NCBI RefSeq assembly: GCF_001194135.2
Contig: NC_068998.1
Location: 8,452,413 to 8,516,412 of the forward strand
From: Octopus bimaculoides
Taxonomy: Eukaryota
Length of the DNA: 64,000 bases
Direction: 5' to 3'
Part shown: piece by piece, positions 49,859-62,151 of the stretch
How the letters are laid out: each line of letters begins with the position of its first letter
Position numbering within the stretch: position 1 is the stretch's first letter
Notes under the pieces: model-generated
Told to the model about the DNA's origin: nothing
What the model saw: the letters and a program-made list of their open reading frames with translations, nothing else
The model's database searches: none
Program-made: the position numbers and the translations under genes

Positions 49859-51029
49859 TTTATATATATATATTTATATTTATATATTTATATATTTGAT
49901 CCTTTATATTGAACACTCAATATTTCATCTACTTTCAATACTTTCTTTCATGGTGCCATCCATTTTTATTTTATTTTATTTTATATTATATATTGTATAT
50001 CATATTATATATTGTATATTCCATATTCTATACCCCACATTAGTTCTGCAGGAATATAAATAAAACATAAAAAAACAGACAGTGTTGGAACTCTTTTAAG
50101 CAAAATAATATATNNNNNNNNNNATATATATATATATATATATATATATAGCGTTCAGAACCTGTATGCTTTTATAAATTTGATCACTTTAGACAAAATC
50201 AAGGCTTTCGTGAACAATTTACAGCATTTACTGTCATATCTAATAACATACCATCTCCTTGTTTTCTAAATTGCATGTCTAACTGCTTTTGTTAAGCGTT
50301 AAACTAAAACTTGTCCCTCACGTGTTATCTCCCTTTTGAGCTCATTGGCTTCGTAACATACATACATATATACATACATACATACATACATACAGGCATG
50401 TGCACGCTCACAGTACACACACACACACACATAAGAAAGAGAGATGGGAAAGAATAAATTATAATTTCATGAACTCCGTTAGCTTACAGCTCTTTTTTCT
50501 ATAAGATGCAGTGGACTCGTAGATGGATGCCTCGATAACATCATATAGTTTTCAAGAAAGCTTCGAATATGAAATGCGATTTGTCTGGAAAAGAATTACA
50601 CTTATGCCTATACAGAGAACGGCATGAACAATGAGAAAGTCAATACAGTTGTATATAAGAAAAGTGTATGTCCAAAATATAATTAGATACATTTCCAGAA
50701 ATATATATATATATATGCCCGTGGGCATATGGCGTATGCCATATTAATCACTACGTGTGTGTATGTTAGAGGTCTACCTAACCACCACACATGAGATATA
50801 TATATATGTATATATATANNNNNNNNNNAAAGGAAGAACTTGACCTCAGCGGAAGTTGAACTAAATGTGTTGATAGTCGGAAGAAATTCCTCGAGGAAAA
50901 TCATCCAATATTTTAATGAACCTGTTTATTTATTGTTTATTTTATATAATATACTTTTATATATATATTTTCATATATTCTGTCACAAGGCCAAAGATTC
51001 TGAGGAAGCGTTTTCCGAAAAGATGAACG

Positions 51030-51140
51030 CAAAGTAGTCCTTGGTGAAATTTGAACTCAGAAAGTGAAGAGCCGGAATATATGCAGCTAAAGCATTTTGT
51101 CCGACGCACTAAGTATTCCACCAGCTCACCGACTTTGAGG
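51030..51140 (-). mobile_element. SINE family C head
   Basis: GAAATTTGAACTCAGAA...GCATTTTGTCCGACGCACTAA...CCAGCTCACCGAC. Confidence 0.8.
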
Positions 51141-52951
51141 TTAAGAGAAATATAAGAAAAAGAGATATTAAAACAGTAAAACAGCGGCATACACGGGTTT
51201 TCTGTTTCACTGGCTTCCGTTATTAAGCTGTGGAGGTGTTTGGAAAATTAAATTACGAAGAAATATAAAACAGTGGATAAAGACCAGATTAAGATAAAGG
51301 TAAGTCAAGATGCAAAGAAACCAAGATTAAAATAAGCTAAGATGATATGCAAAGATTAAAATCTACCGAAATAAATACGATAAATATAAACTTTTGGTTT
51401 ATTCTACTTTTTCTCTTTGCTATCGTTTTCTGTTTTTTAAGGTGGTTAGCTAAGCTCCACTAGTTTTAAGGTGGGAAAACGAAAATAAGAGTTAAATCGA
51501 ATCGTGCATCACATGTCAGTTCATATCAGGATAAATTTCTAGAGGATCCGATACTTTTTCTTGTCAGATAAAGTGAAATACACCATGGGTGGCATATGCA
51601 GTATATAATCTGTAGTAATGATCTTTTCAGCTGGCTCTGAAATACTCCGTCCAATTCTACAGATAAATGATAGAATCTGATATGATTTAAATATTACACA
51701 GATGAGGTAAATACGAGATAAAGATGAAAGCATTGCTTTAATCATAATACTGTATAGATAGATAGATAAATAGATAGAAAGATAGATAGATAAAATAATC
51801 AGAAATCTGTAACTTTTAAAGTCTTCTTCGAATCTCTTCTACTGCTGCTACTACTAATACTAGTAGTATTGGTGGTGGTAGTAGTAGTGGTGGTGGTAAT
51901 AGTAGTAGTAGTGCTGCTACTGCTAACACAACTACTTTCCTGGTACAAATCAACGTGAAGGACTATTGTGGCTATTCTATCAGCTAGAGATAACTGCTAA
52001 AGCTTCCTTTTTCAAACCACCATATTGTCTTAATGATGTTTTCAAAATTTGACACAATACCAACAATTTTGATGGCATGGGAGTTAGTTGATAGCATCGT
52101 TCCCCAGTAAATGACAGGAGTATGATTTTTATCGCTCTCCGAGGGTTGAAAGGTTGACATCGACTTTGAACTCAGAACATATGCTGTCTTAACAACCGTT
52201 TCTGATATTGGTATAAGGCCTGAGATTGTGCCTAACGCAGAAACTGAGGAGGCGAAATGACAGAATGGTCAGCGCATCGAATGAAATGCTTGTACACTAC
52301 AGGTGTAGATTAGGTCTGAAGAAGTCTAACCGCCGCGTAAAATCGTCAGCCGTGGTGGTCTCATCTGAGTTGTCAACCTTAGTAGTAGTATTAGTTGTAG
52401 TAATAGTGGTGGTAACGGCGGTGCCGCTGCTGCTGATTATAGTGGTGATTATTATGATGATGATACTACTACTACTACTACAACTGCTGTAAATATTTTG
52501 CATTTAAAACGCAATAAATTACTGAACTAAGTAAATAAATAAATATACTTAATTATCGAAAATATGATTTTTTTTTTTACAAATGGAAATTCTCAAAGAC
52601 TAATTTCCAGTGACATGTAATTTTTTCTCTCCCTATATTTTAAGTGCGTTTTCATATAATTTTCAATATATTAATTTCGATTTCCTCTTTTTTTTTCCTT
52701 TTTTTCTTCTCTCAATTTTCCTGATTCTTTAATTCTAGAATTTTGTATTTATTTTTAGGGTTTTTTTCCCTATGTAGGAGGAGTTTTTTTTCTTTCCGTC
52801 TTTACTCAGATAATAAATAAAATTTCGTGTAACAGATGACATGTTATGTGAGAAATTTTCATTTCAGATTAGCTATAATTTAGATTAATTTGTAAATTAA
52901 TTTAAAATATCAATCTAGTATTTTGACACATGACTATAAGGTTCTCTTATG

Positions 52952-53162
52952 GCTGCCAGCCGGCAGAATCGTTAGCACGTCGAACAAAATGCTTAGCGGC
53001 ATTTCTTCCGTCTCCACGATCTGAGTTCAAATTCCGCCGAGGTCTACTTTGCCTTTCATCCCTTAGAAGATCGTTTAAACAAGTACCAGTTGCACATTGG
53101 TGTCGATGTAGCCGACTTATCTCTTCCATAAAATTGCTGGCCCTGTGCCAAGATTTGAAACC
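52952..53162 (+). mobile_element. SINE family C, full length
   Basis: CAGCCGGCAGAATCGTTAGCACG...GAGTTCAAATTCCGCCGAGGTC...TGTGCCAAGATTTGAAAC. Confidence 0.92.
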
Positions 53163-53269
53163 TCATAAGGTTCTCTTTTGCCTTTCTCCTCATCCTCTTC
53201 CTCCTGTTCCGCGCCGACATTTAAGAATAGTTTCTAATATATGCACAAAACTAGAAATTCAGTGGGAAG

Positions 53270-53545
53270 AAGCTCAATTGGTATCCATTTTATCGATACA
53301 ACCGCTACCCGTTTAATCGACTCGACTGGTATCCGTTTCATCGATTCAACTGCTACCCGTTTCATCGACTTGACTGGTACCCGTTTCATAGACTCGACTG
53401 ATACCCGTTTCATCGACACGACTGTTACCCGTTTCATCGACCCAGATAGAAGAAAGGCAAAGTCGACTTCTAAGGCATTTGACGTCAGAACGTAAAGCCA
53501 GAAGATATAGCGCTATACATTTTGTCCAGCGTATCAATTACTTTG
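53270..53545 (-). mobile_element. SINE family C carrying the minisatellite; inverted relative to the copy at 52952
   Basis: ATCGACCC...GAAAGGCAAAGTCGAC...CAGAACGTAAAG. Confidence 0.85.
53280..53447. repeat. 24-bp minisatellite (7 units) expanded inside a SINE C copy
   Basis: Units start at 53280, 53304, 53328, 53352, 53376, 53400 and 53424; consensus is about GGTACCCGTTTCATCGACTCGACT. Confidence 0.95.
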
Positions 53546-53574
53546 AAAGCTCCTCCCTTCGTTTTAAAATCCTT

Positions 53575-53730
53575 TCCGCCATAGGTAAAGGTCCGAAATT
53601 TGGGGGAACAGATTAAATTATCCCTTCTCGATTAAATCAACCCCAGTGCGTAACTGGTGCCTATTTTATCGACTCATAAATGATGAAAGGCATAGTCGAC
53701 CTCGGTGGAAATTGAACTCAAAACGTAAAG
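53575..53730 (-). mobile_element. SINE family C 3' two-thirds
   Basis: CCCCAGTGCGTAACTGGTGCCTATTTTATCGAC...GATGAAAGGCATAGTCGACCTCGG. Confidence 0.88.
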
Positions 53731-56689
53731 ACGATGACCGGTGGCATTAGGCTAAATTACTACTACTACAATTACAGCAACAACAACAACTAGTACTACT
53801 ACTATTATCACTACTGCTGCTGTTGCTATCACTACTACTACTACTATTCTGTTTCTACTTAAATCATAGAGAACGTAGTTATCTCGGCATCACATGTTGC
53901 CAAACATCTTTTGATGATAATTATACAGGTCGTATCTAACAGCTTCTTTGCTCGTCAACACCCCTAGTACGATTTGAAACCCACCACAGCAGGCTTATTC
54001 GGCTAATTTAGCATTTGTTGATTATAATTACAATAGGAATCTGTATTATTTGTTGCTTCTGTTGCTGTTGCTCTTATTATTATTATTACTATTACTGTTA
54101 TTGTTGTTCAGTAGCCGCTATTCAGTTTTGCTCGATCAGATATATGATGTTAGGAAGACGGTTGATTCGTTTATCAGTAATCAGCAACCCCTTTTTTCTA
54201 TTGTTCTTGTTATTGCTAATGTCCTTGAAGCTGGTAGGAATGTTACAATTGATAAGCATATCGAAAATATCCAATCAGATATTACAAAAGTTCTCTGTTT
54301 ACAACAACGATATCACAGAGATTTAAGCTGAAACTCACACAACAGAGAAAAAGCCTTGACATCCTGCAACATTTAATTAAACGCTATATTGTCCCCGTTA
54401 CATATAATTTGTAATTTGAAACAACTCTATATTACGAAATCTCATCAACCTCATCATTATCATTTACCTACATCACTAAAAGCACTTGAGAAAGGTATGG
54501 CAACAATATAATACATTTCTCACTTAACATCCACGAATCAAAAAGCATTGTTAGTCTGCAATTATATATATATATCTCGTAATATTAAAAATCTTGTCAA
54601 GTCAATTACATGACTCGGTTTTAATTATGAGGTGCAGCAAACTTCAATTACGTTCGCTAATGTCCTTGGTGAAAGCATGAACTTCACAGTATCCGGTTCA
54701 TATCCTGTAATGCATCTCGAAGGGGGGGGGGGAGACAAAACAAAGACAAAGCAAAAAAATACGAATAAACGATAATTTGTTGTGACTTTGTTAGAAATTA
54801 CTGCTATAGGATGAAACGCAAAGTGTTTTCTAAAACAAATGACGATGATGATGATGATGAGGAGGAGGAGGATGAGAATGATGATGATGAATATGATGAT
54901 GAGGATGATGAGGATGATGGTGATGATGGTGATGATTTATTTCTTTACGACAAAGAGTTTACACATAGAAAAAGCACGGCAAAGGACGATACTGTATGTC
55001 ATCATATTATGAGAGGTTAGGTGAATGCGTGTAAACAAAGAAATAACAAAAAAAAAAATAAAAACAATGAAACTAAATAATTCGAACGAGAAAAAAATTC
55101 CCTCGTGAAAACAAGGTAAACCCGCGGTCGCCTTGACCACTAGAATAACCGACCTCACTTCATCTGAAGATGCTTGTTTAGAGCAAGACCGTTCACCTGG
55201 ACCATCCTTGCCACGTTCATCCACCTTTCACCAAATTTGCAGGAAGGCGCCGCTTCCTTCTCTCAACCTTCACTTTCCTTTTTGATAAGGACTTGGCCAA
55301 ACAGGAAGGTGTCTGACTTCAACCCTTTCAATCTTGTCCACCATGCAACGTCTTTCTTTAAAAGCCAGCAAAAAGATAAATGCTACTGGCTTTTGCGGCC
55401 CTAAACAAGGAGGCGGGACCGTCTTCACAATGGACTCAGCCGTCAGTTGTATCCGTCCTACACGCGACAGCACGTTTTCAAGATAATCTAACAAATCAGC
55501 AACGCTCAGAAACTGGATGAGTTCATGCAGAACAGTTTTGTCTCTACGACAATGCTGTTGGATGACACACATCTGCTTCCCATGGTGCTGAGTTGCAGGA
55601 CCAGTGAATATTCTTGAAATAATTAGTATTTAATATTTGTATCTATAAAATGCCGGATGGATTGACACATACACATGCACGCCCTTACATATGCACTCAC
55701 ATATGCACACACAAACACACGCCCATACACATTCACACACATATATATCTATCGAGTGGCCTTCCGTTGGATGAGTCCCGTGCATATGAAAATCTCCTGC
55801 AGTCTCTAACCTGTGCAGTCCTCTTCATTGAATGATATAACTTTCCCTGTCTAATATTGTCAATAACTTTCGCTCTTTCTCAAACTCTCAGTTTTGTTCC
55901 CTGTATTCTCCCCTCTATCACTGTCCGCAGAAACACATAACCGGTGTATTTCTTATACGTTGAAGTTACCATTTTTTAATAAGAAATCGTTGATGGTAGC
56001 ATGTTTACGTACAGTCATCGGCAAAAGAAAAGCACATTTTCATATATGTGAATGCATGGGTATGCGTATATGTGTGTGTAAGTATGTGTGTGGAAGATAG
56101 TATATGTACGTTAATGTGAGCGTATGTGTATGTGTGCTAGCATGTGTGGTTTGCATGGGTGCAGCATGGTTACAAGTTTAAAAAGTCCTATTCACAATGA
56201 TGAGGTCCCGATTTCAATTTCACAGATTGGAAGCTTATTAGTCTTAGTCAATACTCTTTCACATCCAACTAAAATATCTAAAGTCTGTAAGAAGTGTGAC
56301 ATTGATGCAAATAGCCAAAAACACGTATTAAACGAAGTTGAAATCCCATCAACGAGGAATTAGAAACATCAAAGTATTTACTACAGTTTTATCGCGATTG
56401 CTGTTATTATTTATCAGCATCTATGAAATAGAAGCGCATCCTATTGATTGATTAAGCGCTGAGATGCAATTTCAAATATGAAGTACTTTCACACCAGACA
56501 CAAAATATCACTGTGATTCCTTTACTTCCCAATATATTTTTATGGATCTCCAACAGAGTACAGCAAGCAAAATTATTGGATTCTTTAAACAAACAACTAT
56601 ATCCAATTTCATTTCCAATCACAGAATTAGAATTAATGTTATGAGCCCATAGTATATGTAATATGATTTGTCAGTTACAACTAATTTTT

Positions 56690-57120
56690 AAAATCCCATT
56701 TGTTCATTATATACACTAATTTTCCTTCTTTTTGTTTTAAATTCCTGCCGAATTCTGCAGAGTGCAGCTGTTTAGTTCATTGCTTTTATTCAAAGATTAA
56801 ATTGATCAACTTGAAAATGGTTATTTTTTCTGCAAATCCGAGTTCAGTCATTGATTTTGAGCATACAAGCAATACAGTGCATAAAATTAGGCTCTTAACA
56901 GAATGTGTTTCTACGTTCCAGTGGATGTCTTTTTTTTTTCCTTTCAACGATTCCTTAATATTGTTACAAAGGAATGGTTTTGTTTTTGCAATTTTACTGT
57001 TGCTACCTACAGTTTTCTGGCTTTTAGCCAAATTTGATACTAATATTTTGTTTATTCTCGAGTACAAATCATGCTATTTACTGCCAAGGTGTTTGTGGAA
57101 CGAAGATGAATGGAATAGAA
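56690..57120 (-). mobile_element. Probable decayed RTE-clade LINE fragment (region downstream of the RT core)
   Basis: FHKHLGS ... KIAKTKPFL ... SLILCTVLLVCSKSMT ... EKITIFK resembles FKYLGS ... RIA.AK.AF ... S.LLYGCESWT ... KL.AFE. Confidence 0.45.
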
Positions 57121-57759
57121 ATTCAAGGAGAAGGACTGAAGAAGGAAGAATGGCAGGTGGAAACGGTAGAAAAATATAAATAACAAAAGATGAATAAACG
57201 ATAGACTACAGCAAAAACAAATAAGAAAACTGAGTGTACGAAACATAATAGAATATCAAGAAAGATAAGATGGTAAAAAATTATTAGTGTACATAAAATT
57301 TCCCTCCAAATAGGAGGAAAAAAAGAAGAGAGATAATAACTGCCAAAGCCGTAGGAAATAAAGAAGAATGAAATAGATGAGAATAATTGAGGTCAGATAA
57401 TATTAGCTTGGACGTATTAATTTTTTTTAGAAATCACAAAGTGCATCACGGTAAAAGAAAAAAAAATGATTATAATATATTCAAGTAGAATATTTGTGCA
57501 TTTTCTGCAGAGTCGGTGCCATTGTAATTAAAATGAAAAAGTTTTTAGTGGGGAATGAAAACCGGATTGTGAATCGTATTCACCTTAAGATTATTTAACT
57601 AGATATACTTTATATTAAACATTTTGTAAATTGAATAACTTTGCCATGGAGAAATCCCCGGAAACCATCATTGACGAAAGTGTCTCGTACAAATTAGGTG
57701 CAAAATGGATAACTCTATGCATGTTTGATAGTTGGAAACTGTGCAGAAACCCGTCCTGT

Positions 57760-57898
57760 ATGTGATTGTGTAGTAAGAAGCTTGCTTCCCTACCACATGG
57801 GTCAGGGTTCAGTCCCAGTGCGTGACACCTTGGGCAAGTGCCTTCTGCAATAGCCTCGGGCCGACCAAAGGCTTGTGAGTGGATTTGGTAGACGGATC

Positions 57899-57937
<39 letters not shown>

Positions 57938-58030
57938 ACCACCATCGTTTGACCACCGGTGTTGGTGTGCTTACGTCTTCGTAACTTAGCGGTTCAGGAA
58001 AAGACTCCGATAGAATAAGTACTAGACTTG
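57760..58030 (+). mobile_element. SINE family B, 3'-truncated
   Basis: GTAAGAAGCTTGCTTCCC...GGGTTCAGTCCC...(GT)n...GTAACTTAGCGGTTCAGGAAAAGA. Confidence 0.92.
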
Positions 58031-58194
58031 ACATCCAAGCCACATTCCTAGCACCCCCATCTCAGCTAACCATTACAATCAAACCTTTTTCTGAAACGAA
58101 TACAAAGCAACTGTATTTCAGAAATGAAACTTAACCCAATGAACCCATTATTTTGTTGTTTTTACATGAATCGCTACCCCATTATTGCCCCGCT

Positions 58195-58273
58195 TTTCAT
58201 CAACGCCCCCTTGGAACTTTCCACCGCCCCTAGGGGGCCAATTGCGCCCACTTTGGGAATGAATGATCTAAGT
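58195..58273 (-). mobile_element. Single terminus of a hAT/Charlie-like element
   Basis: Reverse complement CATTCATTCCCAAAGTGGGCGC..GGCCCCCTAGGGGCGGTGG resembles Charlie-type CAGTGGTTCCCAAAGTGGG ends, next to ATCTAAGT (resembling an NTCTAGAN target). The partner end was not found. Confidence 0.45.
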
Positions 58274-58929
58274 GTATCGCAGTTGTTGTTGCTGTTTCAG
58301 ATGTCTGTCCCTACCCCAGGTCAACTCTGATAGTAGTGCTCTATGAGTTGCGGCAATCCAGGCATGACCATCTTGTCTTATTCTGAGGAATACTTTATCA
58401 AGGAGCACATTATCCTATATTGAGTTTCTTTTATGTATTTGTTTTTGTTTTTTGTTGTTGTTTTTTTCATGACGTCAGTTTGGGATTTGAATGAACATTT
58501 CTCCTGTTTTTCTATCAGATTGAGAGGGCAGACACAACAATCAATCTTTACTCGCTAATTAGTTAATTTGCGATACTGAAAGATAGAATCAACATGGATA
58601 GAAATATTGTAAACATAGACATTGTGGATGAGAAGAGTTATCTTTAAAATAATACCTTATAAATAGCTTGTCTGAAACATTCAGACATTTAAAGATTTGG
58701 AGATTTGATAAATGAAATATATTTGAAAAATATCATTAATTAGACTATATCTATTGATAAAGAATATGATGCCGAGTCTATCGTTTGCGGCAAAATACTG
58801 TATCTGATCATCACCAGAGAACTTACAAGGCGAAGTACGTTCTCAACATAGAAAAGACTGCGTTACAAAGGTAAGTATAATTCGTTTTTAATAGCGTGAC
58901 TCGAAGTAGATCAGGCTACAAATAATGAG

Positions 58930-59050
58930 TTAGATTTTGATACAAGGCCAGAAATTTTGAGGAACTGAGAAAGTCGATTAAATTGACTTCAGTATTTAAC
59001 TGGTACTTATTTTATCGACCTCCGAAGGGCAAAATTGAGACAGGACTGCG
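58930..59050 (-). mobile_element. SINE family C 3' part
   Basis: AACTGGTACTTATTTTATCGACCTCCGAAGG. Confidence 0.85.
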
Positions 59051-59112
59051 AGATTCACAGTGAAGTACATACCACATGTCTTTGATGTTACAACTGTAAC
59101 ATGTTCAGATAT

Positions 59113-59426
59113 AAGTGGCATTCCGTCGGTTACGACGACGAGTGTTCCAGTTGAGCCGATGAATGGGAACAACCTGCTCGTGGAATTAACGTTCAAGTGG
59201 CTGAACTATCCACAGACACTTGTACACTTAACGTATCTCTCAGGGAGATTCAGGATGTTACAGAATCTGACATGGTTGGCCTCTTGAGCGACTCATATTT
59301 ACCAGCTGAGTGTATTGAAGCAACGTGAAATTAAATATCTTGCTCTTGAAGACAACGCCCCGCAGGGAATCGAAACCACGATTTTGCGATCGTGTGTCAA
59401 ATACCGTAAACACTACTCCATGCTCC
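59113..59426 (-). mobile_element. Full-length SINE group A (M2 + T1)
   Basis: Reverse complement reads head GTGGTTTCGATTCC, M2 TTTCACGTTGCTTCAATACACTCAGCTGGTAAA, and T1 ATACGTTAAG.GTACA.GTGTCTGTGGA...CGTCGTAACCGACGGAATGCCAC. Confidence 0.88.
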
Positions 59427-59877
59427 TTCACTCAAACATATTTCCTAAAACAAAATGCTAATACGTTCACTAATATATTCCGATATCTCGTCAACATTCC
59501 TCTTGTCAGCTCTCTCACTTTTTGTCCAGCATATAAAAAACTCTTCTGCTCCTTGGCGTTGGCTTGTCAAATATCATCTACTCACAGCTACTCCCGATTG
59601 GCGTTATTTTCTCTCGTCACACATGTTCTGTTCATCTCATTGCCAAGCTTTACAGAATCCATTTCAATGACTTGTCATTCTTCTCCAAGCATCGGTCATC
59701 TGCAAATTCCTCCACTGAACATTATCTTGTTTTCTTTCATTCTTCATTTTTTTTTTACTTTTCCTGCAAGCGTCAACCTCAAATTATCAATGGAGTTCTT
59801 AATTTTGCTTATAAAACATGCATCCATGCCGTAATCCTTTTATCCTGCTTAATGTCGATGCATTGTTAGCATGCCGA

Positions 59878-60050
59878 AAGACGGCGGCTTTGCAGAATCG
59901 TTACCGCGCCAGATAAAATGGTTAGTGATACTTGTCACTAACCCCAGCCATATGATCTGAGTTCAAATTCCACCGAGGTCGATTTGTTTTTTCTTTCATC
60001 CCTTCGGGTGGGGGGGGGGGGGTCTATAAAACGTGTACCAGTTAAGCATC
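59878..60050 (+). mobile_element. SINE family C
   Basis: GCAGAATCGTTACC...GAGTTCAAATTCCACCGAGGTCGA. Confidence 0.85.
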
Positions 60051-61149
60051 CTTTCATGGATAAGTTGACTTCAGTTGGAACTGAACTGACATAGCACCTT
60101 GTATTTTGTTGTGCGTTCGCATAACCCGACCATTTCGCTGGTGAAAATCAGAACCAAAGAATAAATAAATATAGTGGAATTTATCAACAAAGAAACCTGT
60201 GTGTGGTCGGCTAAACCTTAAATCACAATATATTGTCTTAAAAAAGTTAAGTATTTACAAGACATTCCACAATCAAGTATAGCACAAACAGACGAGAATG
60301 TCTTTTTTGGAACGCCCTTGATAATTTTTTTTGATCAGGTGCTAAACAAGAGTAAGAAGAATAACAATGGGTTTGGTCACATATATTTATTGTGTCTGGA
60401 ACAATATATATTTGTGCCTCTATGGAAATTTATCTAATACAACATAGTTACTTCAGACTGAAATATTAATATTTGATTTTTTTTCTTCAACGTTCTTCAG
60501 AGACAATAGTAATTGATTATGATTGTGTATTTCGATAACATAAGAAGAATAATTGCTTACATTGGCATGAAGCCATAAAATTTGTAGAGCAATGTAATTG
60601 ATTGAACTAACCCTGGCATTACTGAACGATTAGCAGACGTCACTACAAGCACCACGGTGAGATAAAAGTAGAACCTTGACCTCAGTGGTTCAATTTAAAT
60701 CGGAGCTAATACCGAGGAACTTAAATACTGAAATAACCGCATGTGTATACATGCATATACTTCTTCTCTCTATTGATCAGGCAGGCACATGAATGACTCT
60801 ACTTCACTAAAATTGTTGAATAAGCCTAAAACATGTCCAGAGTTACCACTCTTGTCTACCAAAGACCAGATTATTTTTTCATTTAATTTATAATGAACTA
60901 TATGATTTTAATTAATTTAGATCAATCCATTTTTAAATTATTAGCTTATTTTAAGTTGTGCCTCTTGTCCATGCTTTATTTATAAATTGTTAAGCTATGG
61001 TCACTTCTTCAAAATACAGACACATAGAGATATCATAAACAGAAACGGAAAAGCGGATTTTAAATCAAGTGAAAGCAACTGAAAATATAAAAACATTATA
61101 TTCTATATCCATATATATATATATATATATATATAAATGAGATGCAAAG

Positions 61150-61275
61150 TTAAGTTCCAAGAATCCAGGTGTAGGAAATTAGGGGGACTGGTCGATTACA
61201 TGGACCCCAGTGTTTTACTAGTACTAATTTTATCGACCTCGGTAGGATGAATGACAAAGTCGACCTCGGCGGGAG
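61150..61275 (-). mobile_element. SINE family C 3' part
   Basis: GGTCGATTACATGGACCCCAGTG...TTTTATCGACCTCGGTAGGATGAATGACAAAGTCGACCTCGGCGG. Confidence 0.88.
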
Positions 61276-62108
61276 AACACTACATAACGGTTAATGCCTG
61301 ATAACACAAAGAGAAATATGTATCGCTGGCTATGGAATTATAACGCAATTAATATGTAAGCTATCCACCCAAATTAAGATCGGTAGTACCACTCTCCTGC
61401 CTTGCAGCAAGTTTAAGGGAAACGATTTTTTTTTTTTAATTAGAAATATTTATGAAGGCCTCGTCGAAGAGGAAATTGGCTGTACTCTGTTTTCGCAAAT
61501 CCAGCCATTTCGCAAATCCAGTTTTTTGCCAATGCGATCAGGCAAACAAAATCTGCCCATTTCTCTCTCGTTACCAAACCAAGATTTCGGATCTTTGTTT
61601 TCCATGGATTTAGTTGAAAGATGCATCCTATGACCTATCCTGATATAGGAGAACGATCCTCAATATATATATGGAATCCGGAAGCTCACTACATTCGAGC
61701 TGTAATGTTCCTCCCTTGGGAATTTTTTCTTGCCATATGAATAACAGCGTAAAAGACAAATATTGTTCGAGATTGCACATCCACTTGATCGCACAAGAGT
61801 ATTTTCTGTGCACGTTTCGCCGCAGCCGTTGTGGATCTGAGATTCAAATCATGAATTAAGAGATAATTCATTGGCAACGAATTCAATGAGACTTTGTCAT
61901 TTATCAAGCTGGACTATGCCTAAGCTAATGACCCTGCAAATATTAGCCATGATTAATGTAACACCAAAATATACCGATACAATAAATACGCCACGAATAT
62001 GTGGAAAACCAATTTTGCAAATACAAGCAATGGGGGGGGGATTACAAACACAATTTCATCTCTATTAGAAAAGTGATATTCGAAAACGACACCTACATTC
62101 TCTCTCTC

Positions 62109-62151
<43 letters not shown>

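Noticed and set aside
54811-55020. Acidic 69-aa ORF (also 42131-42394)
   Set aside because: Built from GAT/GAG/GAC trinucleotide runs like other patchworks here, with no domain or convincing exon structure.
59450-59870. Possible RTE 3' remnant on the minus strand
   Set aside because: Fragments such as KRITAWMHVL and TLAGKV are suggestive but below what can be supported by eye.
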